DNA from: Lingula anatina
Taxonomy: Eukaryota; Animalia; Brachiopoda
DNA length: 64,000 bases
Reading direction: 5' to 3'
Assembly: GCA_051362555.1 (NCBI GenBank)
Contig: CM120640.1
Location: 42,758,788 to 42,822,787, forward strand
Positions within the stretch are counted from its first letter, which is position 1. Each line of letters starts with the position of its first letter. This document shows positions 49,267-62,500 of the stretch, piece by piece. A model generated the notes under the pieces. That model made no database searches, had not been told where the DNA came from, and worked only from the letters and a program-made list of their open reading frames with translations. The position numbers and the translations under genes were made by a program.

Positions 49267-52200
49267 ATGAGAAATCATGGACAGGAAGATAGTATGAGAA
49301 ACTCCAAAATGAGTCGAGGAGGAGAATATCCAGAGAGATCTCCATCAGAACAGGTAGGATAGCAAAATTTGAAACTTTTTTCAACACGTCCTTCTTGAAA
49401 CACCTACATGTAAGTCAGTCTGAGGAGGTCGGCGCTTCATTAATTATTTAAGAAAAAATGTTAGTAACAACACAGTGGCATATTCATTCTTACATAATTA
49501 AAATAAAGTTTTAATTTAAGTTGCATGAAAAAATATAAATGTAAGATTCCGTTTTTAGAAATGAAATTAAATGTAAAAAAAAGAACTTGAACGCAACCAC
49601 AAGAGTCAAGTTATAGATCCGTCGTCATTATAGTTTCAACTCTATAATTACGACGAATCTATAAATTTTAGTCATACGTACATGCTGTAATTTTTGTTAT
49701 GATTAGACTCACTGTCTGCAACTCTTATTGCTGTTTCACTTTTAAAAGTCTCAGTTTTAATGTGATAAATTATACCTGTTCATTTATTAAAAAAGTACAT
49801 AAAAAGAAATAAATTAAATATGCCAAAGTTCTCTTGAAATACACTGTATATGGGAAAATGTTTTATGGAAGTAGCATTTATCAACTTAATGTCATTTTAA
49901 CTGCTTTTTAGAACCATTCAATATATAAATATATATTTTTTCTAATTTTGTTTTTCAAAAAATTAAAGAATATGAAACAATTGAAAAATTTAAAGTATAA
50001 ATTACTCAAACTGCTCAACAAATGATTAATATGGAACAGAAAAATGTTTTATCTCATACCAAATAAGGTTAATAGTTATGCTCAGAAGCATGAGAATATA
50101 ATTTCAAATTCTATTTTAGGACACACAGCATTAGTTTTTTAACATGGACTTTGAAATATTTCATTCACCCAACCAACTTCATGCATAGCATATTTCTGTT
50201 TTAGAAAAAATTGCCAATATAATCAATTGATGCCTGGCATTTCTCTCTTGTAGATATCCGTCAATAGAATAGGTAAATGTCTCTTTGTGTTCATATGTGA
50301 TAATCATATTTTGTCACTATCAAAAGACTATTGATTTACTAAAATACCTCTCTCACAACTCTAAGCTTGTAATTAGATACTATAGTGCCATTTATGATGA
50401 ATCCATAGCACTACTTGTATTGATTGGTACTACATCCCTCCATAAATTGCTCAATGGTTTATTCACAGAATTAGTATAAACTGAATAATAAGTACCTGTC
50501 CAGTTGAATGACCAAGGAGATGAATATAAAGTACAGGGTAGGAAGATAGGCTTAGTGATGTTTATTTTGTAACCATTTTACTGTTAAATACAGTAAATAA
50601 ACTCAGTCTTTAAAGTAAAACAAATTGAGACTCTCTCTTAAATAAATAAGTTACTCTTTTTAAAGCCAAAGATCAACCATTTTGCAGCATTATACCAAGA
50701 ATTAGACCTTAATAGAGCCATGACATATTTGGCTATCAGAAGACAAATTTGTAATAAAAGATAATACAGATACTGTGTAAATGTCTTCTGCACCATGAGT
50801 TGGTACACTTTACTAATCTGAGTAAACAAGAAACTCATCCTGTATCTTTTATGAGACGCATTAAAATGTCTAGCTGTCCAAGTTGCTGGGGCTAGAAAAC
50901 ATTTTAACACTTAAATTGTCTACACAGAGAGAGTGTTTAAGTACAAAAGAGACCCCCAGCTCTGGATAAAATTAAAGTGAAGTGCATTATTTAAGTACTT
51001 ATTAATATTGAAAATTGGTCTTTGTATGTGGTAAGCAGCTTAAATTGCGAAATCTATTGTAAGTAATATAAATGTCATAGGGATTATCCCTGTGCTTGTG
51101 TACAACCTGCATCTGGAGTTGTTTGTCACATGAACTGCAATAACTTCTGCTCAATTCATATTTATATTCAGGATATTTCTATAGAAAAATTGGCAAAATA
51201 ATAACATATTACTTTTCTTTGATTCATATGGGAGCAAATCTGTGTAAGTTGGTTCAAACTAAACTTGACGTCATTGGTCAAAAGGTCTTATGCGTCCATT
51301 TTAGGAGTGTGAGTGTTTGTGAAAACACGAGTATGTTTGGATTAAATAATAGAAATAGCTTGGTATTTATAATTGTTGTGCTCTAAATATGATCCGTAAA
51401 CATTATAGTTTTATAATAATTCATCTCCAGACTGCTCGAGTACCTTTAGCGTCATTATTTACTTTTCTTTTATTCAGGACAATTGATAATTTATTTATTC
51501 AAACAACATGGTTTTCTATGGAAGTAGTGGAACTTTGATTTTGATTTAAGGTGTATGTATGTATGTGCTGCTGAAAAGGAAAGAAGATTGGTTGGCTTGA
51601 AGTTTACTTATTAATGCCATTAAAGTGTACTGACTGTTTCCCTGAAATTTACTCTATTTTTGAGCATGTAGTTGTTACAAATTATAAATATTATGTCAAA
51701 AATTACCTCTGAAAGAGGCAGAATTCGGCAGTTTTTATACTGAAATTTGAATCCTATGCAAGAGCTACAAGGGACTTTGGGACATGTGAATTGATACATT
51801 CAAGTACTCTAAAATGTGTCTAGGGTCCAAGTGTTATCTTATCTTTGACCTTTTTTCGAAATGAAATAAATATCTATTGATTGTAAATATGATTTAGTAA
51901 TTTTTTCAATATAAATGTCATGTTTGATTTATAAATGTTTTTATTGAGGACATTATGTGACCTTCCTTATGCAACACACACCCACTAAATTAAGTGCCTC
52001 AAAAACTAAATTCTTCCGTAAAGATAGTGTATAAAGACAAATTCTTCCATAAAGACATAGATATATAATTACATATATGTTTATTAATTCTCCAAAAACG
52101 TTATATGTGGTGTAGACTGAGTTTGGCATTCATACTGAAATATCTCATATATTTCATTTCATGCTGAAATATTTTTTGTTCAGCTTCACACTAAACTACT

Positions 52201-55200
52201 CTTTATGCATATGTTTTCAGTTGGTGGATCTCCATGTGTATGTGATGCCTCCAGACCTGTGGCGGGAAAACAAAAACAATGCTGTCAACGAAGTCATTTC
52301 TGAAATGTCTTCAGCGGGATTTATTAGGTATTTTCTAAAGATATTTCACACAATCTCCTCTTTCATTTCTTTGTGCTAAAGCTGAATGTTAGATCTCAAG
52401 TTTGCCTTATTTAATTATAACAGGTGTAAAGATGTAATTTTTTCTTATTATATTTTATGATTTTTTAAAAATCTTTTTTTATATATCAATTTTACCAATT
52501 TAACTTTTTTTATTTTAGGGTTCATCCCCAACAAAAAATATATGAATTGAGGTCAGAAATAGAGGTACAGCTAGGTGGTAATAATGTTCCAAAAGAATAT
52601 GTCTTCCTAAAAAGTGTTGGGCGATGTCTAACACGGGTAAGTGGAAAGTACTATATTTATGTTTTGTGTATTTGGGGCTATGAAATCTGTGGACTTACAT
52701 GGATGGCACATCAGAAATGCAGGGCACACTTTGGTTAATTTATTTATAGCAAAGCAAGTATAGGTCATACATATACAAGTAAAAAAAATCATATTATCTC
52801 AAAAACAAGTTTTTTTCTTTTCAATTTTATCCTTATTGTAACTGAAAAATGTATAAACTATTATAAGAATTGAGAAAGAAACATTGTGTTCATATTCCTC
52901 CATTTTGATGTCAGATTTTCTGACCAACAAAACACAACGGGTATAGCAATTGCAAGAATGTAAATTCTGTTTAAATACGAACAGCTCCGTGTTTCAAAAC
53001 AAGCTTTTATAAATGAGCACAGAGCTATCTAAATCTCTGTCTTTTGTTCATTTGCATTATATGATGGATTAAAAAGTCACCTTTGCTTACATGAACAAAC
53101 AAAGTATTTGCTTTATGATAAGGTTGGATTAGGTTGGTGTGTAAGCCTCTAGTTACTGTAGGTCCAGCATGATTGAAAACCAAATAGCAACCATTTGATA
53201 TATACTCCATTACTCTTGCAAAACAACCCATTAGAATTTAGAATTTAGGGAAAATTATTACTACTGTTTTGAAATAAATAAATAAAGACACACATGCATT
53301 AAATTCACAGCAGAAAGCTGATGCTCTAAAATCCACCTTCCCCGCATACTTTCCTTTGATTCTTGGAACGGATCCAAGTTTAATACCAAGAAATTTGACT
53401 ATCAGAAATGATTATAAAATATTATATTACAAATTTAACCACTCATAAGGTATATGTTAAATGTACTTTTTTTAGTAACTTTTCTATTTGATGTTTAATT
53501 TTTCCAGGTAAGACCTAAACAGGAGGTTGAGTTAAAGGCAAAAAACTTTGTTCCCCCTCAGGTGAGTTAAATTCTTCATGCTGAATGATTGAGGGCAAGT
53601 CAACTGTGCCAATGAGTAAATCTGACACAAAATGGGAACTTGTATTTTTTCCGCTTTGAAATTTAATCTCATGTCATGCCCCTTGTAACACAGTGTGGCA
53701 TTCATTATGGAGTTTTGCCGGACTACAATGGTTCCCTTTAATGCTTGTGTAAACAAATAAAAAAAAATGCAGTGAATAGTATCAATGTGTTCTCCTATAC
53801 CGTTTTTCAAATATGAAACCCATAATGTTGTATGTCAACACAATACCTTGGTGAGTTTTTCGCCTCCAGTGCAAGAGCTGTTGGTATGGAGAAAAACAAT
53901 AGAAACAGATGTTTGAAAAAGATTTCTTTAAAACAGTCGATTGATTTACGGCTGCAGCTTGTTGACATACCAGCACAATTTGAGTATTAATAGGAATATT
54001 TATGTTGAGTGAGTTGTCAAGGGTGAATTGAGTGGCTCTCATCACTGCATATGTGGGTGTTCATATTTTTCTTTACTTTTTTGTTTAATTGCTAAGGAAA
54101 CCATGACATGATTTTGTTACCATAATCCTTTTATAAAGGAGAGCAAGGGTCAAGCTTAGTAGTGTGGCAGTGTTTGTGACATCCTCGCCATGTACAAACA
54201 TATGCACAATAGCAGTTTGTCATGTGAATGAGAGAATTGATTTTTAAATCTTTCTTTAAGTGTTAAATTCACAGACAGAGCTAGGTTGTTATATACAAGC
54301 TCCAGATTAAGGCCACGGTGTTTTGTGAAGAACTGATGTAATTTGATCGGCCTTTGCTCTAAAAGTAGCTTGTTTGATGTAAAAATTTATGGAACACTAT
54401 TGATGTCTCAAAAAAAAAAAAAAAAAAAAATGTAGATCGTATGCTTGTATCAGAAGTAGGAAGAATGAATAAAAGTTTCTATAGCCTTTTCTGATCAAGA
54501 GTGATGGATTTCATTGTGCAATGGATTGCATTTAACAGAATTGTCTAGTAGTGCATTTTACATCATGCCTAATGGATTGAGTGACAGTGACATATTATGT
54601 TGTATTGTATTAACAAAGAACTAACATTTCCAGCTTGTTACTGTTTAGAGCAAACAATTAAATATTACTTGTATCCTATTCCTAAGGGATTGTTGAGGCT
54701 CTGTGGAATAAAAACTGATCCAAAATTAGATATTGCCTGGATTTGGGTCATGAGAATTGCCGTTTATTTGAGAGATTATTCTGTCTGATGTAAAAGTGGA
54801 TCAATTTCACATCTTAAATAATAGAATTTCACTATCAATTTTTTATTCTGTTAACCCAATCTAGGATTCTTAGATTGAATCCTAGACCCAATACAGATTA
54901 TAGTCCTGTGCAAAAATGTTTTATTTTTCAATATATATCCTTATTTCATTACTAATATGTTTCATTACTAATATCCTTATTTTGAGGTTTTCTCATAAAA
55001 TTTATAGATCAGGTCAGTGAAATATTCTTTTAAAGTTACATTTCATGACATTTAGTTTACATTTATACAACTTTTTTTTTTAATTTTAGGCATATCTTCC
55101 AGAAATATTTGTCTTAGAAGCAACTCCAGAACTAAGAGAATTATTTAAAAATGACTCCCCAAGAACTGTCACAAATCACAGATCACCTGGTTCTAGCCAA

Positions 55201-58200
55201 CAGTCACCATATTTTCAAAGAACTCAAAATGGATATAATGCCAGAGAAATGTCATATAATGATACTGCAAAATATGATGGAAACACATATGGACATGGTC
55301 GAAGGGGACATTCTTTTGAAACAGCAGAGAATGGATTATACCCAGGACATTCACAGAGACAAGGTGCCATTTCCTCACATGCAACACAGACAGGTAATTG
55401 TTTTGATTGTACATAATAAATATTATTTCTTTTTTGCATTCACTTTTAAGGAAAAAAAAGTGTTATTGTGCCGTTCATGTTTTGTTTTCAAAAAGAATCC
55501 ACCTTTTCATTTGGAAGAAACATTCAGTGCAAGATGATCACAGCTGTAACCAGAAAAGCATCAGTATTGCAAACATTTACGTGTTGCCATGCAATAAGAG
55601 AGCTTTTTTTTTCCTCCCGTTAAGTGGCATGTATAATGGAAAACTGTACTACCAGAAGCAAACCGATAAGTTGAAAATGTTAGTAGATATGATGGATCCT
55701 GAGTTTCCCTTTTCCTGACATACCATTATCTCTTTGATGGAGTGTGGTAGTTAAGTCAGCGAAGGGAAATAATCGCTCAAAGCAAAAAGTTTTGTGACCT
55801 TTTAGCAGTTTCAGTTTGTACTGAAGAGTTTCTTCCCAAATTTATTCCACGTTTAACAATATAAAGCTTATAGAGGAAATTATTTAATTTTTATGAAGGG
55901 AAGTTGATTTATTTGAATTTATATTTTGTTTTACACGTCAATTTTTGTAATTGTTTATTGTTTTTCAAATGAATTTAGTTCTTATGCTAGTAACTTGTTA
56001 GCTTTTTGTTAACCATAGTCCTGTAGTTATACACAAAAAAATGCACATGTAATGCTTATTACAAAAATCATTAACAGCTTTTTCGTCAGCACTTTTATTT
56101 GTGTCCTAACATGCATGATGCAGTGGAAATACACATTTGTAATTGCTATAAACATCAAAATTTCACCATATCTTACAAATGATCTTTTGATGGCCCTATT
56201 GATAACCCATTGTTTAGCTATGAAAGAAATAGCTTTTAATCTTCCTGCATGTTAAATGGCTTCTGTTTACCGGGGTCAAATATAGTGTAAAATGCCCAGT
56301 GTGATGTTTCGGTTGTCATGGTGACCAGGACTCGGAAACTAGCACCGTTGCTGTTTGCCCACCTTTGACCAAATAGGCTTTAAGCTTAAGGTGCCTCATC
56401 TCCAAGGGTTAGATAACATATGTATGTCCCACCCTAATACTTACTTGTGTTTGTGCAGAAAAAAAGATTAGCTATGCTGTGTTGACATTACGCTTGGTGA
56501 CTGGCATTTGCATATGTTTTTACTAATCAACTGTGTGGGTAAGGGGTATGCGCATGAATAGGATCTGTAGTTCGGAGGCAGTGTAGTGAAATATGTGTGT
56601 GCACTTGTAGATTATAACGTATAGGGAAAAAAACTAACATGACAAACACAATATTAACAACTGAAGTAGCAGAAAAAATAGTAAAAAAAGGCCTGATTAT
56701 GTGGCATGATTTTCTGACTAACCCTAAAGTTGTGACTTAATTAACTTGCATGCAGCTACATGTAATATACTAGAGCACAGTGTGGGTTTGGAAACACTAA
56801 TAAATTAGTAGCAGCTTCAAAGTTCATCATCCAAAACATGAAATTTATTCCACTTTGGGCTGCTCTTTGTTAGGTGCAAGGAGATTTACAGAGAACAAAG
56901 AAGACAAAATGACATTATCAGGCACTCCAACTCCACCACAGTCTGGGGACTCCAGTGGCTCCTCCACAGTCAGGAGTACTGGCAGTGGAGAATTTGGTCG
57001 AGTCTCACGAGGAACCTCTCCAGTTGACTTTCTCAGTGGTAGAGCAGAGAAGCAGCTTACTGGGCACAGCAAAAGTTCTGTTACTGGGAGTGGCCAGAGA
57101 ATAAATGGACAGTTTTCTCCTAATGATAGACAAGGTTTTGCAGAACGTACAATCGATAAATCAAAAGTAGACCTGCCCAGACAGTCTACCTTCACTGAGA
57201 AATTACCGCCAATTGGTAGTGGTAAAGTAAACAATGGGGAATTTCAGGACAGCAACACTGAAGCTAATGGCAAGAGCCCCAGAAACAGAAAGGAGTTCTC
57301 TGAAGGCCAAAACAATAAACATGATGATGTAAAGAAAAATGAAAAAGGACAAAATTTGAACAATACATCACATCCTAGCAGTCAGTCTAAGCAAAATACT
57401 CATATTAAAGAGCAAATAGAGGGACTTCACTCTCAGAAAAGTGGTACTAATATTTCTCAAAATCAGAATGAGAATGGACAAAAAAGGGTAGCTAGTGTTG
57501 AACAAAATTCTGGTGAATTTACTGCAGGCAAACAAAGTCAAGGGGCCAATGGGGAAGTCCTCAGTGGGACTGGCGGGGGAGATGGTCAAAATAGGGATAG
57601 CCAAATAATAAATAATCAGCAGCAAAATTCTGGTCACATGCTGCAGGGACATAAGGGTGGTTCTATTCAAAATGAAACTGGCACCGAAGATAGCAAACAA
57701 TTTCAAAGTCCTGGTCATACGACACCTTCACATCAAGCAGCTAAAGATGGCAAAAATAGTATATCAGACCCTTCACTTAATGAAAATCATCAAACTTCTG
57801 CAGAACACGATGCCCACATAACAGGCAAAGATGGCAGAGGTAAAGGACATAGCCAGTCTCCAGATACAAGGTCAGCCAATACACACACCACAAATGGAGA
57901 TTCTGGGATTGCTGACGGAACCCCTGACAGAGAATTCCGCAGAGATCGCACAAGAGATACTCTAGACCGGTAAGTTTTGAGAAAAAAGATGAAATCATTA
58001 TGTTGTGCAGATTAGACAAGAAATTTTGACAAGAAAACTTCTGTAACTTGCATGTTACAATGATTTTATTTTGTCATGGATTAGTTCCTTGTCACAGTGC
58101 GACATACTGAGCTACAATAAGAACAAGTAAAATCATTGTAATAAAAAATTATTGCTGTGCACAGGAGGAAAAATGATAGCGGTCATGGAGGTGGTTCACA

Positions 58201-61200
58201 CTTGGATGGAACTTCAGAAGGGACACGGGAGGATCGTCAGAAGCAGGAAGACCCCTCACATGGATGGGTAGAGGAAGAGAGGAGGCGGCTGGAGAGTAAA
58301 GAGAGGCATCGATTAGAGCGTAAAGGTGGTGACAGTCAGGAGCAGGGATCAGAAGAGGAAGCATGGTCACAGGATGTGAGTCAATTTTATCGTTATTCTT
58401 TCTTTTTTCTTCTTATATTGTGATGTGGTTGCTTCATTTATTTTGATTTCAGAAAGATCATTTTACATATAGGAGTAATTATTTTATTGGGTAATGATAT
58501 GCACACCACTTCTGATTCAAGGAAACAACTGAAATGCATTTCAGTATATGGAAGTATCCATTTTATATTTTGTTTTTCATATGTCAGCATGACTTTTCCT
58601 TGTTAGCATTTCCTATAATTCATACTTGAAACATGTCAAATCTTACTCTGTTTCCCTTTCATAATAAGCTTACTTCATAGTCCACTGAGAATCCATTACT
58701 TTTGTTGTCCAGATATTGATTGCTGTTCTTTATATAGGCCATATTCAGATTTTGTCAGGCCTCATTGGGTCCCAACAAAACTATGTAATCAATGTTTTGA
58801 TTAAGCATTGTTGGGGCTGTTAGAAACAGTCCTAGCTCCAGTGGTAATCAATGGAAAAAGAATGGCATTTCATAGCTGAGAATGCTTCTTGTGCTGCTCT
58901 TGTATGTCAACAGTGACCATCATTATTAATGTAGCATTATGTGGGCATTGGCTATATCCATGGAGCTGTGTTATTTAGTGTTGACACAGTGTGATAAGCT
59001 GCCTTTCATGCTCTGTGCATTTGTATGTTACAAACTCAACTAACATACACCTTTATTGACCAGAAAATGGTCTACATGTATAGCATAGCATAACTTTACA
59101 TTGAGACATACAAAGTTTTACATGTACACCATCTCAGCTCATCACTTTGTAAAAAGATACAAAAAGTTTCCATATAATTTTACATAAATTTACTTTATAT
59201 GTTAATTAGTGTTTTTAATGTTGACTTTTTAAAGTCAAAAATTGAAAAATTTAAAAAGCTTTGCAGTTTTCCCTTTTCTAGTAAAATAAGTTACATTTAT
59301 TTAATATTTATTTATTATTTATTCATTTTAGAATGCAGAAGGGCTTGACAGTGGCAGTCCCAATTCATTATCAAGATTTCCTTCACCACCTCCTCTCACA
59401 CTAGAGTCAATCAACTCTGCTGATTCTAACTTAAGGGAGTCAAGTTCAGCCAGGGAGAGAAGGCAGCAAGAGAGTATGTCCATGTTTTTAATATTTCAGA
59501 AATAGTAAAGCCATTTTAACCTGAATTATTTTACACTTGCTCATGGAAATTGATAACTTTATTCCATCAAAACCAGGAGCACATGTAACTCCTCAATTCA
59601 CCTGCCTACTACAAGAAGGAATTGACTCTATCCAAACTACTGGAAGTAAATTCTAGTTAGACTAACCCTTAAAACTTTTTAAAGTTCTTGAGTGTGACCT
59701 TAGTCAGTATTTTAATACAATTTTTACCAAACCTCTCAACATCACTCAGACATGGTGCTAACCTCCCATTGTACTTTGAAATGTCATAAGTGATGTAAGC
59801 TCAAAGCAAATTAACTAGTGCTGATGTCAAATTAAGCTTCAACAATGCAGCCATGGTAAATATTTTCATCGTAAAGGCTTTTTGAAATGGCAAATGATTT
59901 GATATGTCAAAATACATTAAATTGCCCATTTAATATGAAGGCTTTGTTATTTACATTCACAGAAGAAAAGCTACTTGCTGAACTGGAGGTAGCGAGAGAG
60001 GAAAGAAAGGAAGTGGAAAGAAAAAGAGAGGAATTGGTAAAAAAGGCTAAACAGCTTCAACATAAAACAAACAACAGGAGAAACCAAGGTACATGAATAT
60101 TGAGTGAAAGTTAAAATTGAAGGGCAAATAATTTTTTTCAACAAATAAATGTGCCACAGTATTTGCTAATCTCAAATCACTGTCTTTCAATACAGCATGA
60201 ATTTGAATTCAAGCATAAGAAGAACATAAAGTCCAATTTATTTTTATGCAAAGGGACCAGAAGGTAAACATTATGAATGTGTGAATATTTGCTGATTTCA
60301 TCAATTCGAAAATTTTGACTTTCAGCACGAGACATTTGGAAGAAGAAGTATTTTGAAGAAAAGAAGAAAACGCCACCATTGGAAGATCAATGTAACAAAC
60401 TGCGTCATGAAATTGAAGTTCTTCATAGGCGTCTGATGTCACAGTTAGAGGGAACCAAAGATGCAAGGCATGATGGGAAAGCTCCAGGTCTCCCTTCCCA
60501 GAAGGTACGTAGTTACAAAAGTTTTATCTAAACATCGGACACTTTTTCAAACTTTGACACACCACAACCAGTATTGTTGGAAAAACATGGGTTCTCTGTT
60601 TTCATACTAGCATAATTTTTTATGCATTTTTTTCCTTTTTTTATTTAAATTGGTGTTGCTTAATACTTCATTAGAAGTCCACTTTCTAATAGAATTAATT
60701 CATGATATGCTTCTTATTAAACTAAGTGATTTTTTCTCCCATTTTAGAATAATTATAAGATCCAAGCTACCAGACTTCACCATGAGACTGAGGAGCTGAG
60801 ACGAAAAGTGGAAAATGCTAAAATGAAACTTACTGCTGAGATGAAAGTATGCCCATCTATATGTACACATGATACTAAATTTTATTTTGGTCATGAAAAT
60901 TTCATTTTATATTGAACATTGAAATACTTAAATTTGTAGAACTTTTGGTGGAAAGTGTATACTTATAAGTAAAAAGTAATTGAATTAATAAACAATAAAG
61001 CTGATAAAAAAAGTAAATCATTTCTAAAGTGTGTAAGGTTTTTATACCTTTAAGGTATGATGGCTTACCTTGATCACATCACTTACTTGTCAATTTGATC
61101 TCCAGAAGCCCTCTGATGAAGTCTATTTAGAAATAATTTACTTTTTTATCATCATCACACAAGCGACAATGAAAAACCAATTTCAGCACAGCACTGTTCT

Positions 61201-61532
61201 AATAGCCATGTTTTTACACCAGGGAACATTTACCACTACTATGTATTTAATTATGCAATAGAACAATCGATTATATATACCTTTATTGTATACTTATTGT
61301 AGGATCTTCATATTAGCCTATTATATTGATGACCTCAATATAATTATTATAATTATTATTATAATTGTGATTGCAGCTGAGAAACCAAGCAGAGACTGAA
61401 CTGCGAGCACTGAGAGCAGAGCTCACACAGAAGAAGATCAATGTGACTTTGACAAGATCCCAGCAGATGGCAGCACTTGGTAGCTCCCATGATGTTTTCT
61501 CTCCAAGAACACCTGTGGCTACTCCAAGATGA
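49267..61532 (+). CDS. SPATA1: Spermatogenesis-associated protein 1-like, ~892 aa, 12 exons
   Basis: Exons 49267-49353, 52221-52327, 52519-52636, 53508-53561, 55090-55393, 56874-57969, 58165-58375, 59332-59473, 59963-60088, 60326-60504, 60748-60846 and 61377-61532 splice in frame. N-domain LVDLHVYVMP..SAGFIRV..YVFLKSVG; C-terminal coiled coil ARDIWKKKYFEEKKKTPPLE..LRNQAETELRALRAELTQKK. Confidence 0.88.
49611..49664. repeat. 23-bp-stem hairpin in SPATA1 intron 1
   Basis: TTATAGATCCGTCGTCATTATAG-TTTCAACT-CTATAATTACGACGAATCTATAA, with 2 mismatches in the stem. Confidence 0.85.
56312..56325. promoter_or_regulatory. RFX X-box inside SPATA1 intron 5
   Basis: GTTGTCATGGTGAC (reverse complement GTCACCATGACAAC) fits the 14-bp X-box pattern and sits in a locally GC/CpG-richer patch. 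Confidence 0.6.
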
Positions 61533-62500
61533 TAACAGGCAGACACACAAATCAATAAAAGACCACAACATTCATTTAATACATTAAGAAAGAAAATAAA
61601 AAGGTTTTTTAAAAGTTTTTTCCCAGAAATGTTATTCATATTTTGTTTCTTGTGTAACTTGATATCACAAAAGGAAGTGCTTTTGGTTATAAGCATCTGT
61701 TACTGAATGTGTTGTGTACATAACTTGCTGAGATGACTATACTATAAAGTGAAGGTATTATTCCAGTTAGATATTCATCATGTACTGGGCTAAATTGAAT
61801 TTGCAAAGCATTCAAATTAACTTCTCTTTCTTTCTTTATTTTTGTTTATTTCTTTTGATTAACAACACTAACTACAGGCTTAATTTAAAGGACGGATCAC
61901 TTTCGCATCTTAGTCATTAATTTTGTGCAAAAATTCAGGTGTGCCACAAATGGGATTAATATGGCATTGACAAATGGAATAGGTAAGCCACTGATGGAGA
62001 CATTGTGGTGAGGATACATTGCCATAAATAATGAAAATTGTCTGTCCAGGTTAATGCTGTTGATGTTCCATTCTATCAATGTAGAAAAATTCTTAAACCC
62101 AAATGTGCAAATGAAGAAAAAATGAAAGCTAAAGATTTTAAGGTAGCTTGAATTTATAATATTGATTGAAAATTGAACAATTTATTGTCTATCAGTAAAT
62201 TCTGTATGTATTATGCTAATGTTTTGTATAAAGTTTGCATTTTAAGACGTATGGGGAATGTCTGAAATATGCAAACATGTTGACATTCTATTTTTTATTG
62301 TTATAAGGCTTACTTGTGATTAATGGTGAAGAAATGTACCTAGATGAAATGTAAATAAACCATTAGTCAGACTTTTATAAAGAATGAAGTGTAATACTGA
62401 TTATCTTTTTTTTCTTGCTGCTGGCTAGCTTCAACAATGATATCTAGTCATTGGTGATTGATATGTGGCTTTTTAATGCATTTAGAGATGTCATGTTGGT

